Assembly (NCBI RefSeq): GCF_003086415.1 | Contig: NZ_QEFP02000019.1 | Span: 1-27,945 of the forward strand | Length of the DNA stretch: 27,945 nt | Origin: Candidatus Nanobsidianus stetteri | Lineage (GTDB): Archaea; Nanobdellota; Nanobdellia; Nanobdellales; Nanobdellaceae | Reading direction: 5' to 3' | Shown here: positions 1 through 9,100 of the stretch, piece after piece | Layout of the letters: every line of letters starts with the position of its first letter | Position numbering within the stretch: the first letter of the stretch is position 1 | Position numbers and translations under genes: made by a program | The notes under the pieces: generated by a model | Database searches by the model: none | Told to the model about the DNA's origin: nothing | What the model saw: only the letters and a program-made list of their open reading frames with translations

Positions 1-2619
1 TTATATTGGGTTTTATTAAGATCATTACCACCTAATGATGTAATGCCTTCAATTTCCTTATTATCTAATACAATAACTCCAAACTTTAATGTATTGGTAG
101 AAAATTCAAATTCTATAATAGGAGAATCAAATAATAATATATGCTCTTTTAATTCACAAAATTTATATAATGTAATAGGAGGTATTTCAATAGACAATTA
201 TTCTACTCCAGTAATTTTATATAATTCAACATATACATATACAACAACTACTACTCAAACAATATCATTTAATGTACAAAATCAAAATGAAACAGTATTA
301 ATTTTATTATCATTATCGGGCAATGGAATAGATGGTGGATATATAAGTAGTGTATCATTACCTACCGGATGTTCTCAATTATTCCTAACCTCTTCAGGAA
401 ATTCTGCTAGTGTATATGCTGCAGTATGTAAGGATTTAGCTCCAGGTACTTATAATGTTTCATATACTATTAATTCAAATCAAGGATCTTATGTTTCTAT
501 ATTAGTATTAGGATTTCCAATATTTACCTTTAATATTATTGGACCAAACAGTATCTATTTAAATTCAGGTTCTTCTAATTCAACAACAATATATGTAAAT
601 CAATTAACAGGAAACACACCTTTACCAGTAACCTTATCTTGTTCTACAAGTAATTCAAATTTATATTGTTCATTATCAAATACAACTGTTACTCCAAATG
701 CATCAGTAACTTTAACTGTAAGTGCAAATAGTAATATACAACCAGGTACTTATAGTGTAATAGTAACTGGTGTTGCATCAAACGGAGTTACGAATTCTAC
801 TACTATAACAGTTAATGTACAACAATTATATAATAACCCACAAATATATATTATCTCTCCTTCAAATAATTCAATATTAAATTACTATCAACTAAATATA
901 TCATTTTATACAAACTATCCAAATGTAAATGTAACAATAAATGGAAATACATATAATATAAGTGTAACACCAGGTAATAATATTATACAATTAAATTATG
1001 AGAATTCATCATATAATTTACCAGGATTATATAATATTATACCAAATGGAGGAAATATAACAATACAATTATCAACATCAAACCCATTAGGACAAACAAA
1101 TTCAACCGGAATATATGTTTATACATTACCACAACCAATATTTAATGTATCATATACATATCCTACACCATCAAATGGTACACAAGAAAATATATGGTTA
1201 TTAGAAATTAATGCAAATGTATATGATAATACATTGGGACAAGATTATTGTAATATACAATTATTAAATCAAACAAATAATCAATGGGTAACAATAGCAA
1301 ATTCATGTTCAGATATATTATATAATGGAATATTACAACAATATGCAAAATTAAATAGTAATGGATATTATTCAATATGGTATAGAGTATATGCATATAA
1401 TAATTATGGATTATATCAATATACAAATCCTCAAGTAATATATATATCACAAAATGCATATAATGTATCAGTAATAAATAATACATTAAGTAATACACAA
1501 ATACAAGGAATAATAAATTCAGCAATTAATAGTTCTATACCTATAATAGTATTCTCTCCAGGAGTATATTTAGTAAATTTAATAATAAATCCACAAGGTA
1601 AAAATATAACATTATTAGGAGAAAATACAATATTTGAACCAGCAAATCCAGGATTACCAGTTATAGATATAGAATCATCAAATGTAACAATACAGAATAT
1701 AAATATTAATACAAATCTATTTGCAATAAATGTAAATAATGGAGAATTAAATTTAATAAATTCAAATATAAATTCGGGATTATTTGGAATAGATGTAAAG
1801 AATCCATCAATAATAAATGTATATAATTCTACAATAAATGGAAATATAGGAGGAATATATGGTTATATACAAAATTCAACAATAGAAAATACAAATATTC
1901 AATCATCAGTATGGGGAATATATGATAACAATCCATATAATGTAATAATAAATAATTCAAATATAAATGGACAAATATTTGGAATATATTTTGATGGAAA
2001 TGCAATAAATAATGTAATAGAAAATAATAATATAATATCAAATATATTTGGAATAAAGATAAACAATGGAAATAATAATAATATAATAAATAATAATATA
2101 CAATCAAACATATTTGGAATATATATAACTTCTTCAGGAAATAATATAATAAATGATTATATAAAAGTAGGACAAGTATTTGGATTATATATAACCCAAC
2201 CAAATAATATAATAAATGTAACAACAAATGGGGGATTATTTGGATATTATTTGACAGGTAATGCAACAAATATATCATTATATAATTCACAATTAGGAAT
2301 AGAATTATATGGAAGTGGATATATAAATAATTTAACAACATCCACAGGAAGTGTAAATGTATATTATAATAATTCACAAGGATTCATAAATAGTTTAAGT
2401 AATGTAATATCTAATACAAATGTAAATAATGTATTATATAATTATTATGAAGGAATATCAATAATAGGAAATATAAATGGAAATATTACATTTATTAATC
2501 TACCACCTGCTACTAGTTATATTGTAGAAAAGATAGTAACAGGTAATGGAAATATAATATCCACAAATAATACATTTATACCTCAGGGATTTGGAAATTA
2601 TGAATTATTTTATAGATAA
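1..2619 (+). CDS. Large Asn/Thr/Ser-rich surface protein, 5'-truncated by the window edge. Ig-like N-terminal modules are followed by a right-handed parallel beta-helix (PbH1/NosD-like) repeat domain.
   Basis: Frame 1 is open from nt 1 (LYWVLLRSLPPNDV precedes the tracked Met at 43), so the ORF continues upstream and no signal peptide is visible here. Two '..PGTY.V..' modules (APGTYNVSYTI, QPGTYSVIVTG) resemble archaeal surface-protein Ig-like domains. About ten ~22-aa units carry an (I/L/V)(F/W)G(I/L/Y) core. N-x-S/T sequons are dense. Confidence 0.6.
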   Translation, partial: LYWVLLRSLPPNDVMPSISLLSNTITPNFNVLVENSNSIIGESNNNICSFNSQNLYNVIGGISIDNYSTPVILYNSTYTYTTTTTQTISFNVQNQNETVLILLSLSGNGIDGGYISSVSLPTGCSQLFLTSSGNSASVYAAVCKDLAPGTYNVSYTINSNQGSYVSILVLGFPIFTFNIIGPNSIYLNSGSSNSTTIYVNQLTGNTPLPVTLSCSTSNSNLYCSLSNTTVTPNASVTLTVSANSNIQPGTYSVIVTGVASNGVTNSTTITVNVQQLYNNPQIYIISPSNNSILNYYQLNISFYTNYPNVNVTINGNTYNISVTPGNNIIQLNYENSSYNLPGLYNIIPNGGNITIQLSTSNPLGQTNSTGIYVYTLPQPIFNVSYTYPTPSNGTQENIWLLEINANVYDNTLGQDYCNIQLLNQTNNQWVTIANSCSDILYNGILQQYAKLNSNGYYSIWYRVYAYNNYGLYQYTNPQVIYISQNAYNVSVINNTLSNTQIQGIINSAINSSIPIIVFSPGVYLVNLIINPQGKNITLLGENTIFEPANPGLPVIDIESSNVTIQNININTNLFAINVNNGELNLINSNINSGLFGIDVKNPSIINVYNSTINGNIGGIYGYIQNSTIENTNIQSSVWGIYDNNPYNVIINNSNINGQIFGIYFDGNAINNVIENNNIISNIFGIKINNGNNNNIINNNIQSNIFGIYITSSGNNIINDYIKVGQVFGLYITQPNNIINVTTNGGLFGYYLTGNATNISLYNSQLGIELYGSGYINNLTTSTGSVNVYYNNSQGFINSLSNVISNTNVNNVLYNYYEGISIIGNINGNITFINLPPATSYIVEKIVTGNGNIISTNNTFIPQGFGNYELFYR
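1714..2320 (+). repeat. Tandem ~22-23 aa beta-helix coil repeats at protein level inside the surface-protein CDS
   Basis: Periodic motifs read in the translation: LFAINV, LFGIDV, IGGIYG, VWGIYD, IFGIYF, IFGIKI, IFGIYI, VFGLYI, LFGYYL, LGIELYG. Each is preceded by an N-rich turn (NN.I..N). Confidence 0.6.
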
Positions 2620-2624
2620 ATAGG

Positions 2625-2650
2625 TTTTTGGTATTTTATTATATTTTTTT
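2625..2650 (+). terminator. Oligo-T tracts after the surface-protein gene (archaeal-type terminator candidate)
   Basis: T5, T4 and T7 runs lie within 35 nt of the TAA stop at 2617-2619. The AT-rich background lowers specificity. Confidence 0.35.
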
Positions 2651-2691
2651 ATATAAATAGAAATTTTATGTATATTTTATAATATATTTTT

Positions 2692-3423
2692 ATGATAAAA
2701 GTAGGAACCTGTGGATTTCCTATATCAAGGAAAAAATATTATGAAGAATTTAATGTAATAGAAATAAATAGTACTTTTTATTCAATACCAGATATTGAGT
2801 GGGTTAAAAAAATAAGAAATGAAGCACCTGAAAATTTTGAATTTACATTTAAGGCATTTCAAGGTATTACTCATGATGTAAATTCTTTTACATGGAGAAG
2901 ATCAAAAATAAAAAATTATAAAGAATTAAAGGGAAAGGTTGGATATTTAAGAAATACAAAGGAAGTATTTGAATTTTGGGAAAAACAGGAAGAAATTGCG
3001 AATATATTAAGAGCAAATATAATTGTTATTCAATTACCAAATTCATTTAAAGATACAAAAGAAAATATTGAAAATGCATATAATTTCTTTAATTCAATTG
3101 GTAAAAAATATAAAATAGCAATAGAATTAAGAGGGTGGAGTAAAGAAAATAGGGAAAAAATATGCAAAGAATTTGATTTAATAGATATTGTAGATATAAA
3201 TGTTGAGGAACCAGTATACGATTCTGATATAAAATATTATAGATTACATGGATTACATGAAGGAAATAGATTAATATACAATTATGATTATTCAAAGGAA
3301 GAATTAAATAGAATAAAGGAAAAAGTATTAAAATATAATAAAAAAGATAGTTATGTAATGTTTAATAATTCAATGATGTATGAAAATGCGAAAGAATTTT
3401 TAGAATTAATAAAAAATGTATAA
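2692..3423 (+). CDS. DUF72 (UPF0759) family protein
   Basis: Contains N-terminal 'VGTCGF', 'IEINSTFY' and 'W......AP.NFEFTFKAFQGITH', the pattern of the DUF72 TIM-barrel family. An 8-nt ATGTATAA overlap joins it to the next gene. Confidence 0.7.
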   Translation: MIKVGTCGFPISRKKYYEEFNVIEINSTFYSIPDIEWVKKIRNEAPENFEFTFKAFQGITHDVNSFTWRRSKIKNYKELKGKVGYLRNTKEVFEFWEKQEEIANILRANIIVIQLPNSFKDTKENIENAYNFFNSIGKKYKIAIELRGWSKENREKICKEFDLIDIVDINVEEPVYDSDIKYYRLHGLHEGNRLIYNYDYSKEELNRIKEKVLKYNKKDSYVMFNNSMMYENAKEFLELIKNV

Positions 3424-4180
3424 TTATTTATTGAGGATAAAATATAATGGAGAGAATTATCATGGAATTGCATATCAAAAAAATGTAAGAACAATTTCAG
3501 GAGAAATTTTAAATTATTTTGATATAAAAGAATTTAGATTATCAATTGTTTCAAGAACAGATAAAGGAGTAAATGCAGAGGAAAATTATATTGTTATATC
3601 TTCAGATAAAAATATTGATTTTTCAAATTTTCAAAATAATGATATAAAAATATTGAATGTATATAAATTAAAAGAATTTATTAATATTAGAAAATTTTCT
3701 AGAGGTAAATTATATGAATATAAATTACCAAAAAAATTGTTTGAGAAAAAATATATTCCAAAATATTTAATAAATAATGAAAAAATATTAATAAAATCTG
3801 AAGAAAAAGAATTTGATATAAATAAATATATAGAAGCATCAAAGTATTTTATAGGAATAAAAAGTTTTCATAATTTTGCGAAAGGTAAGGTAAAAGATCC
3901 AATATGTAATATAACAAAATTTGAAATAATTGAAGATAAAGATTTTTATATAAATTATATTGAGGGAAATAGGTTTTTATATGAAATGATAAGAAGAATT
4001 ATCACATTTTTAATCTCTGTAGGTTATAATTTATTTCCTTTTGATTTAATTGAAAAAGTTTTTATATATAATTTAGAACCAAAACCATTCCCTTCAGACC
4101 CAAAATATTTAACATTAAAAAAGGTTTACCTGGATTGGAAAGAATTATATAAATATATTGAAGATATTATTGAAATATAA
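3416..4180 (+). CDS. truA: tRNA pseudouridine synthase, TruA/Pus family
   Basis: Contains 'YLLRIKYNGENYHG' and the catalytic-Asp motif 'SRTDKGVNA' (compare GRTDAGVHA). Length is 254 aa. Confidence 0.7.
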   Translation: MYNYLLRIKYNGENYHGIAYQKNVRTISGEILNYFDIKEFRLSIVSRTDKGVNAEENYIVISSDKNIDFSNFQNNDIKILNVYKLKEFINIRKFSRGKLYEYKLPKKLFEKKYIPKYLINNEKILIKSEEKEFDINKYIEASKYFIGIKSFHNFAKGKVKDPICNITKFEIIEDKDFYINYIEGNRFLYEMIRRIITFLISVGYNLFPFDLIEKVFIYNLEPKPFPSDPKYLTLKKVYLDWKELYKYIEDIIEI

Positions 4181-4210
4181 TGTTTTCAATATTTCTATAA
4201 TAATATTGTT

Positions 4211-4534
4211 ATGATTGTAATATATTTATCAGTAAAAAATGGAGATGGGATAAATATTTCTAGAAGAATATTGGAAAGAAAATATGCAATATCAATAGAT
4301 ATAAAGAAGGTTGAAACACTATATTTAGAAAAAGATAATATTAAAGAGGAAGATAGAGAATTATTAATAATAAAAACAAGAGAAGAATTGTTTGATAAAA
4401 TAGAGGAATTGATAAAAGAGATATATAAAAATAATATAATTGAAATGTATTCAATAAATGTTGATGATGCAAATAAAGATTTTCTTGATTTATTGGAAAA
4501 AGAAACATCTATAAAGAAAATAAAAAATGCTTGA
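4211..4534 (+). CDS. Hypothetical protein (107 aa, Lys/Glu-rich)
   Basis: This is an ORF only. An 8-nt ATGCTTGA overlap with map suggests co-translation in an operon. No motif was recognised. Confidence 0.4.
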   Translation: MIVIYLSVKNGDGINISRRILERKYAISIDIKKVETLYLEKDNIKEEDRELLIIKTREELFDKIEELIKEIYKNNIIEMYSINVDDANKDFLDLLEKETSIKKIKNA

Positions 4535-5408
4535 AGATTTAAAAAAAGCTTCTGAAATTACGAAAAAAGTAAAAAGGGAAGCTGAGAAATTACTGAAACC
4601 TGGTGAAAGTATATATAATATTGCAGAAACAATTGAACAAAAAATAATAGATTTAGGAGGATTTCCTTCATTTCCAGTTAATATATCTATAAATAATATA
4701 GCGGCACATTATACACCAACAATAAATGATAATATAATATTAAAAGATGGAGATGTTGTAAAGTTTGATTTTGGTGCACAGGTTAATGGATATTGTATTG
4801 ATACTGCATTTACAGTAGAAATAAATGATAATAAATATAAAGATCTAATTGAAGCTTCTAGAAATGCATTAGAGAATGTTAAAAAAATATTAAGAAAAGA
4901 TATAGAAATATCCGAAATTGGAAAAGTAATAGAAAATACAATTAAATCATATAATTATAATCCAATATATAATTTATCTGGTCATAAAATAGATCGATAT
5001 ATTTTACATTCTAAAATTACAATACCAAATTATGACAATAAATCAAAAATAAAATTAAATGAAGGAATATATGCAATTGAACCATTTGCTACAAATGGTG
5101 TAGGATTTGTAAAAGAAGGTAAACCATCTGGAATATATTCAATAATTTCTGATAAACCAATTAGAGATCCAAATATTAAGAAATTCTTCCAAGAAATATA
5201 TAATAAATATAAAACCCTTCCTTTTGCATACAGATGGTTATATAAAGAGTATAATGATAAAATAAACTTAAAATTGTTTATAGAATATCTAAAAAAGAAT
5301 GGAAATATTTATGAGTACCCAATATTAGTAGAACAATCCAATGGGATAGTAACTCAATTTGAAACAACTTTTTATATTTATGATAGAGTTTATGACATGA
5401 TGGACTAA
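4527..5408 (+). CDS. map: Methionine aminopeptidase, type 2 (archaeal)
   Basis: Contains 'AAHYTP', 'KFDFGAQVNGYCIDTAFT', 'SGHKIDRYILH' and 'YAIEPFATNG'. Length is 293 aa, typical of archaeal MetAP. Confidence 0.9.
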   Translation: MLEDLKKASEITKKVKREAEKLLKPGESIYNIAETIEQKIIDLGGFPSFPVNISINNIAAHYTPTINDNIILKDGDVVKFDFGAQVNGYCIDTAFTVEINDNKYKDLIEASRNALENVKKILRKDIEISEIGKVIENTIKSYNYNPIYNLSGHKIDRYILHSKITIPNYDNKSKIKLNEGIYAIEPFATNGVGFVKEGKPSGIYSIISDKPIRDPNIKKFFQEIYNKYKTLPFAYRWLYKEYNDKINLKLFIEYLKKNGNIYEYPILVEQSNGIVTQFETTFYIYDRVYDMMD

Positions 5409-5464
5409 TATTGAGGGGGTATTATATTATGGTCGTGTTAAATTGACTTAAACAGATGTTAAAA

Positions 5465-5481
5465 CAAAAGATTTTTATATT
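5465..5481 (+). promoter_or_regulatory. BRE/TATA element of the histone gene (leaderless configuration)
   Basis: Purine-rich 'caaaag' is followed by 'atttttatat'. TTTTTATA (5472-5479) is centred 26.5 nt upstream of the ATG at 5502. Confidence 0.5.
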
Positions 5482-5501
5482 AGTTTGTCAATAATATTAT
5501 T

Positions 5502-5729
5502 ATGGCAAAGAGAACAACACCAATTCCAGTGGCACCACTATATAGAATATTAAGAAAGGCCGGTGCATCAAGGGTAGGACAGGATGCAAAATTAGCAATG
5601 GTAGAATCAGTATTGCAAGTAGCAGAGGCAATATCAGCAAGAGCAGTAGAATTAGCAAAACACGCAGGAAGGAAAACTGTACATGAAGATGATATAAGGT
5701 TAGCAATTAGGGAACTTAGAGGCCTATAA
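5502..5729 (+). CDS. Archaeal histone (HMfA/HMfB family histone fold)
   Basis: The 75-aa product aligns end to end with the HMf pattern ('PIPVAPLYRILRKAGASRVGQDA', 'AVELAKHAGRKTVHEDDIRLAI'). It is locally much more GC-rich than its surroundings. Confidence 0.9.
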   Translation: MAKRTTPIPVAPLYRILRKAGASRVGQDAKLAMVESVLQVAEAISARAVELAKHAGRKTVHEDDIRLAIRELRGL

Positions 5730-5784
5730 AGAAATATTTTTTGATTTTATTAATTTTTATAAAACATTGTTATAATATATATTA

Positions 5785-6402
5785 ATGGAATATTCAGAAA
5801 GAAAACCAATAGATTTTAAGAAAGAGAGGCCACAGTTGTTTAAAATGAAGGGTATTTCAGCAAAAACAATAGAAGAACATTTGAAGATATACGAAGGATA
5901 TGTAAAGAAATTTAATGAGATAACACAAAAGCTAAATAATTTGACAGATGAAGATTATAACGCAGCAAATGTAACATATTCATTAATAAGAGAATTAAAA
6001 GTTGAATGGACTAGAGCATTTGGAGGAATGATTAATCATGAAATATACTTCAGTCATTTAGGTGGAGAAGGTGGAAAGCCAGGATCATCATTAGGATCAC
6101 AAATAGACAAAGATTTTGGATCATTTGAAAAATTTGTTAAAGAAATGAAAGCAACTGCAATGGGCGCAAGGGGATGGGCTTGGTTGTTATGGTCTGATGA
6201 TTTAAATAGATTGGTAATTAGTATATCTGATGAACAAAATACTTACATGGTACAAAATTCAAAATTAATATTAGCATTAGATGTATTTGAACATGCATAT
6301 TATTTAGATTATGGAAGTAATAGAAAGGGATATGTAGATGTATTCTTTGATAATATAGACTGGCCAGTAGTGGAAAAAAGATTTGAGGCATTGAAAGTAT
6401 AA
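5785..6402 (+). CDS. sod: Fe/Mn-family superoxide dismutase (divergent N-terminal domain)
   Basis: Contains 'GGMINHEIYF', 'ARGWAWLL' and 'LDVFEHAYYLDYGSNRKGYVDVFFDNIDWPVVEKR', the C-terminal Sod_Fe signature with Asp/His ligands. TTTTTATA lies 27.5 nt upstream of the ATG. Confidence 0.8.
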   Translation: MEYSERKPIDFKKERPQLFKMKGISAKTIEEHLKIYEGYVKKFNEITQKLNNLTDEDYNAANVTYSLIRELKVEWTRAFGGMINHEIYFSHLGGEGGKPGSSLGSQIDKDFGSFEKFVKEMKATAMGARGWAWLLWSDDLNRLVISISDEQNTYMVQNSKLILALDVFEHAYYLDYGSNRKGYVDVFFDNIDWPVVEKRFEALKV

Positions 6403-6411
6403 TTTTTTAAT

Positions 6412-7083
6412 GTGTTTTTAGATACTATAATCAATGAATTAAATAAATTAAATAAAGAATGCGATTTTGAAAAATTGAATATAAAATTAAATATAGAAGG
6501 AAGGCAAGAATATTATGGAATGAAATGTCAAGGCAGATATTATATATTTAATATAGTTGAATGGAAAGAAAATAGATCTTATAAGAAAATTATATATTTA
6601 GTAGATTTTAAGGAAGAAGAATTATATAAAATAGAAGCAATATATAAAGAAATAGAAAAGAATCCTTCGGGATTTTTTGATAACCTATTTGATAAATTTA
6701 ATAATAGTAAATATAAGAATAAGACAAATTATAATTTTCAATTTCTATCTTTATTAAAGAAAAATAAGTCAAATTATCACCCTATTATTATTTTTGATAT
6801 AAAAGACAATGAAATATATAAACCGAATCTATATAAATTTTTATTGGAAAAGATTTCTATGAAGATGTCTTCTTATATATCTAATAATCCTTATATTACT
6901 ACAATAATAAAGATCTATAAAAATGGTAAATTTTTAATGAACTTTTTAATATTTTATAACGATAAACTAAATAAATATGAAATTGCAGAATACAAAGATG
7001 GAAGAATAGCATCTGAATATAAATTGTATAAAAGGAAAGAATTAGGTGAAGAAATAATTGAAAGAATTAGGCAATGGCTTTAG
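6412..7083 (+). CDS. Hypothetical protein (223 aa), first gene of a two-gene module downstream of sod
   Basis: The ORF has a GTG start 9 nt after the sod stop. An alternative ATG lies at 6520. A 10-nt overlap joins it to the next ORF. No motif was recognised. Confidence 0.45.
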   Translation: MFLDTIINELNKLNKECDFEKLNIKLNIEGRQEYYGMKCQGRYYIFNIVEWKENRSYKKIIYLVDFKEEELYKIEAIYKEIEKNPSGFFDNLFDKFNNSKYKNKTNYNFQFLSLLKKNKSNYHPIIIFDIKDNEIYKPNLYKFLLEKISMKMSSYISNNPYITTIIKIYKNGKFLMNFLIFYNDKLNKYEIAEYKDGRIASEYKLYKRKELGEEIIERIRQWL

Positions 7084-7916
7084 ATCCGAAATCTTTATCT
7101 AAGATAGTTTCTTCATACTACCTAGATTTATCAGAATTAAAACTTAAAGATGAAAGACCCTTAGATGAAAAGTCTTTTCAAATAAGTTTAGATGAATTAT
7201 TAGAAAGTTATGGGAGTAATGGATATCTGGCATATATCTTATTAAGAAATGTTAAAATTATACGTACTAAAGATTATAATGGAGAATATATGTTATATTC
7301 TCCATTAGAAAAAATAATAAGCGAAGAGACGATAAATATAATATTTAGAGATTCCACTAAATATGACGAGATAAAAAAGTCAATAGATATATACGCAAAA
7401 AATGGAGAACTTTATCTACCACAAAAATTAAAAGGTAAGATCGAAGTAGAGGCAGAAATAGATGCTCTCGTTATTGCAAGAGGATACTCTGGTGAGCCAA
7501 TTTTATATAATTTTGAATTTAAAAGTGATTTGAAGAAAAACATAAATGATAAAAGATATATAAAAGCGCATTTGCAATTATTCAGATCTAGCATTGTTTT
7601 AATATATGCTTTGTTAAAAGCAGGAATAATTAGTAAAGATTCTAAATTTTATATCTTTAGCATTCTCTCTTCAAGAGATTGGTATAGACCCGTTTATTTA
7701 TCAGTATACAATAGAGATCTTTATGTATATTATATTAACCATAAAGATAAAAGTATAAAATATCAGATTCCCTTAAGTGGAGCAGATTTGGAAAAATATG
7801 CAAATTATAGTAAAGATGATTTTGAATATAGTATAGAAAAAAGAGGTCTTGTCGAATGTTTACTAGGTTTAGGATGTGATGATAATAATAATTATAATCA
7901 TAAAAAACGTAGGTAA
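7074..7916 (+). CDS. Predicted PD-(D/E)xK nuclease-fold protein with an uncharacterised N-terminal domain
   Basis: 'GKIEVEAEIDALVIARG-YSGEPILYNFEFKSD' gives D130 ... E148-x-K150 on consecutive predicted strands. It is followed by a helix 'YIKAHLQLF', as in Hjc/RecB/Cas4-like nucleases. This is a motif-level call only. Confidence 0.45.
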   Translation: MALDPKSLSKIVSSYYLDLSELKLKDERPLDEKSFQISLDELLESYGSNGYLAYILLRNVKIIRTKDYNGEYMLYSPLEKIISEETINIIFRDSTKYDEIKKSIDIYAKNGELYLPQKLKGKIEVEAEIDALVIARGYSGEPILYNFEFKSDLKKNINDKRYIKAHLQLFRSSIVLIYALLKAGIISKDSKFYIFSILSSRDWYRPVYLSVYNRDLYVYYINHKDKSIKYQIPLSGADLEKYANYSKDDFEYSIEKRGLVECLLGLGCDDNNNYNHKKRR

Positions 7917-8044
7917 AATATTTTTAAAGAATTTTTAATAAAAAAGAAAAAGTAAAATTATTAGAAATATTAAGTAAAAAACTTTGTAGTATTATATTTT
8001 TATTCAAAAATTTTTTAAATTATATTTTATAAAGAACTAAGTAA

Positions 8045-8530
8045 TTATAAATTATGCTCATATTCTAATAATTTTCTTTTAAATTCAACTCCTAAAGGTG
8101 TATAACCAGAAATATCATTTTCTTTAACAATTCTATGACATGGAATTAGAATAATAAATGGATTATTTTTTATGGCATTTAATATTTGTAACATATTATA
8201 TTTTTTATTTAGACTATTATATAATTCTCTATATGTTATAGTTTTTCCAAAAGGTATTTCTAATATCTTTTCATATATATCTTTATACCTATATTTGCTT
8301 AGATCTAATTTAAATTTTTCTTTATTATTTAATACTTTATTTATTTTTTCTTGAAAAAATTTATCTAAATTTTCATCAAAAATAAGATCTCCATTTAAAT
8401 TATGAAATTTAGCAATTTTTAATAAATTTTTTATCAACATATCTTTATCATTATGTAAAGAATAAGCAACAATTTTTCCATTTAACATTATATATCCGGA
8501 ATATAGTTCATAATCAAATATTTTTATCAT
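8045..8530 (-). CDS. ogt: Methylated-DNA--protein-cysteine methyltransferase (Ogt/MGMT)
   Basis: Contains the active-site 'IPCHRIV' and the upstream 'GKTITYRELY' helix-turn-helix part. The start is moved to the ATG at 8530, because the track's start at 8536 is TTG. A TATA-like element at 8551-8558 lies 24.5 nt upstream of that ATG. Confidence 0.8.
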   Translation of the reverse strand: MIKIFDYELYSGYIMLNGKIVAYSLHNDKDMLIKNLLKIAKFHNLNGDLIFDENLDKFFQEKINKVLNNKEKFKLDLSKYRYKDIYEKILEIPFGKTITYRELYNSLNKKYNMLQILNAIKNNPFIILIPCHRIVKENDISGYTPLGVEFKRKLLEYEHNL

Positions 8531-8631
8531 TATCAAATATTATTAGAAAAATTTATATTATCCAATAATTTATAATTAAATATGGCTGGTAAAGGTGAAG
8601 GTAAAAATAAAAAAGAAAGAAAGTGTTAGAT

Positions 8632-9081
8632 TTAAAGGCCTTTGCTATGTAATTCCTTAATTTTTTCTAATGCCTTATCAGCATGTTCTGCAGCATTTTT
8701 TAATGATTTTAATGTTTCAACAATCTTTAAATTTTTATCTATTATGAAAGTAATTCTACTTGCCCCTTTTCCTCTAGCACTTTTTGCATTAAATAAGTTT
8801 ATTACCTTTAATTCAGGATCTGCAACTAAAGGAAATTTTGCACCATATTTTTCAGCAAACTTTTTCTGTGTATCTAATTTATCATTGCTTACTCCAATTA
8901 TTTCTGTATTATATTTTTTAAATTCTTCATATAATTCTACAAATCTCTTTAATTCTTGTGTACATCCGCTAGTAAATGCCTTTGGATAAAAATATACAAC
9001 TACAAAATCTTTTTCCTTTAATATATCGCTTAATTTTATTTTTCCATTTGTACTTTCAGCTTCGAAATCTATAGACTCCAT
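8632..9081 (-). CDS. bcp: Peroxiredoxin, Bcp (AhpC/TSA) type
   Basis: Contains 'FVVVYFYPKAFTSGCTQE' with the peroxidatic Cys. The 149-aa length is typical of Bcp. Confidence 0.85.
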   Translation of the reverse strand: MESIDFEAESTNGKIKLSDILKEKDFVVVYFYPKAFTSGCTQELKRFVELYEEFKKYNTEIIGVSNDKLDTQKKFAEKYGAKFPLVADPELKVINLFNAKSARGKGASRITFIIDKNLKIVETLKSLKNAAEHADKALEKIKELHSKGL

Positions 9082-9100
9082 ATATAATAGTAATTAGAAA

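Noticed and set aside
1960-2110. Poly-Asn / 'aat aat' rich DNA as a possible microsatellite
   Set aside because: The periodicity is at the protein-repeat level (~66 nt beta-helix coils) with degenerate DNA. It is not a true tandem DNA repeat.
1208-2377. Three minus-strand ORFs (1208-1525, 1829-2377, 1899-2111) inside the surface-protein gene
   Set aside because: They are antisense to a much longer, repeat-structured CDS. Their translations are Leu/Tyr/Ile/His low-complexity strings, as expected from the reverse complement of Asn/Ile-rich codons. They have no promoter-like spacing.
3089-3295. 68-aa minus-strand ORF inside the DUF72 gene
   Set aside because: It is antisense to a CDS with clear family motifs and its peptide is low-complexity.
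5500-5706. 68-aa minus-strand ORF overlapping the histone gene
   Set aside because: It is antisense to an unambiguous histone-fold CDS, and its Leu/Pro-rich translation has no features.
7412-7594. 60-aa minus-strand ORF inside the nuclease-like gene
   Set aside because: It is short, antisense and has no independent support.
8531-8536. Track start of ogt at 8536
   Set aside because: The codon there is TTG. The ATG two codons downstream (8530) sits 24.5 nt from a TATA-like element, so the ATG is preferred.
8583-8630. 15-codon ORF (MAGKGEGKNKKERKC) between ogt and bcp on the plus strand
   Set aside because: It is too short, has no promoter-like element at the expected distance, and lies in the ogt promoter / bcp terminator region.
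8172-8989. Plus-strand ORFs 8172-8354 and 8642-8989, antisense to ogt and bcp
   Set aside because: Both lie opposite CDSs that carry catalytic motifs (PCHR, GCT). Their translations are Phe/Leu/Ser-rich shadows.
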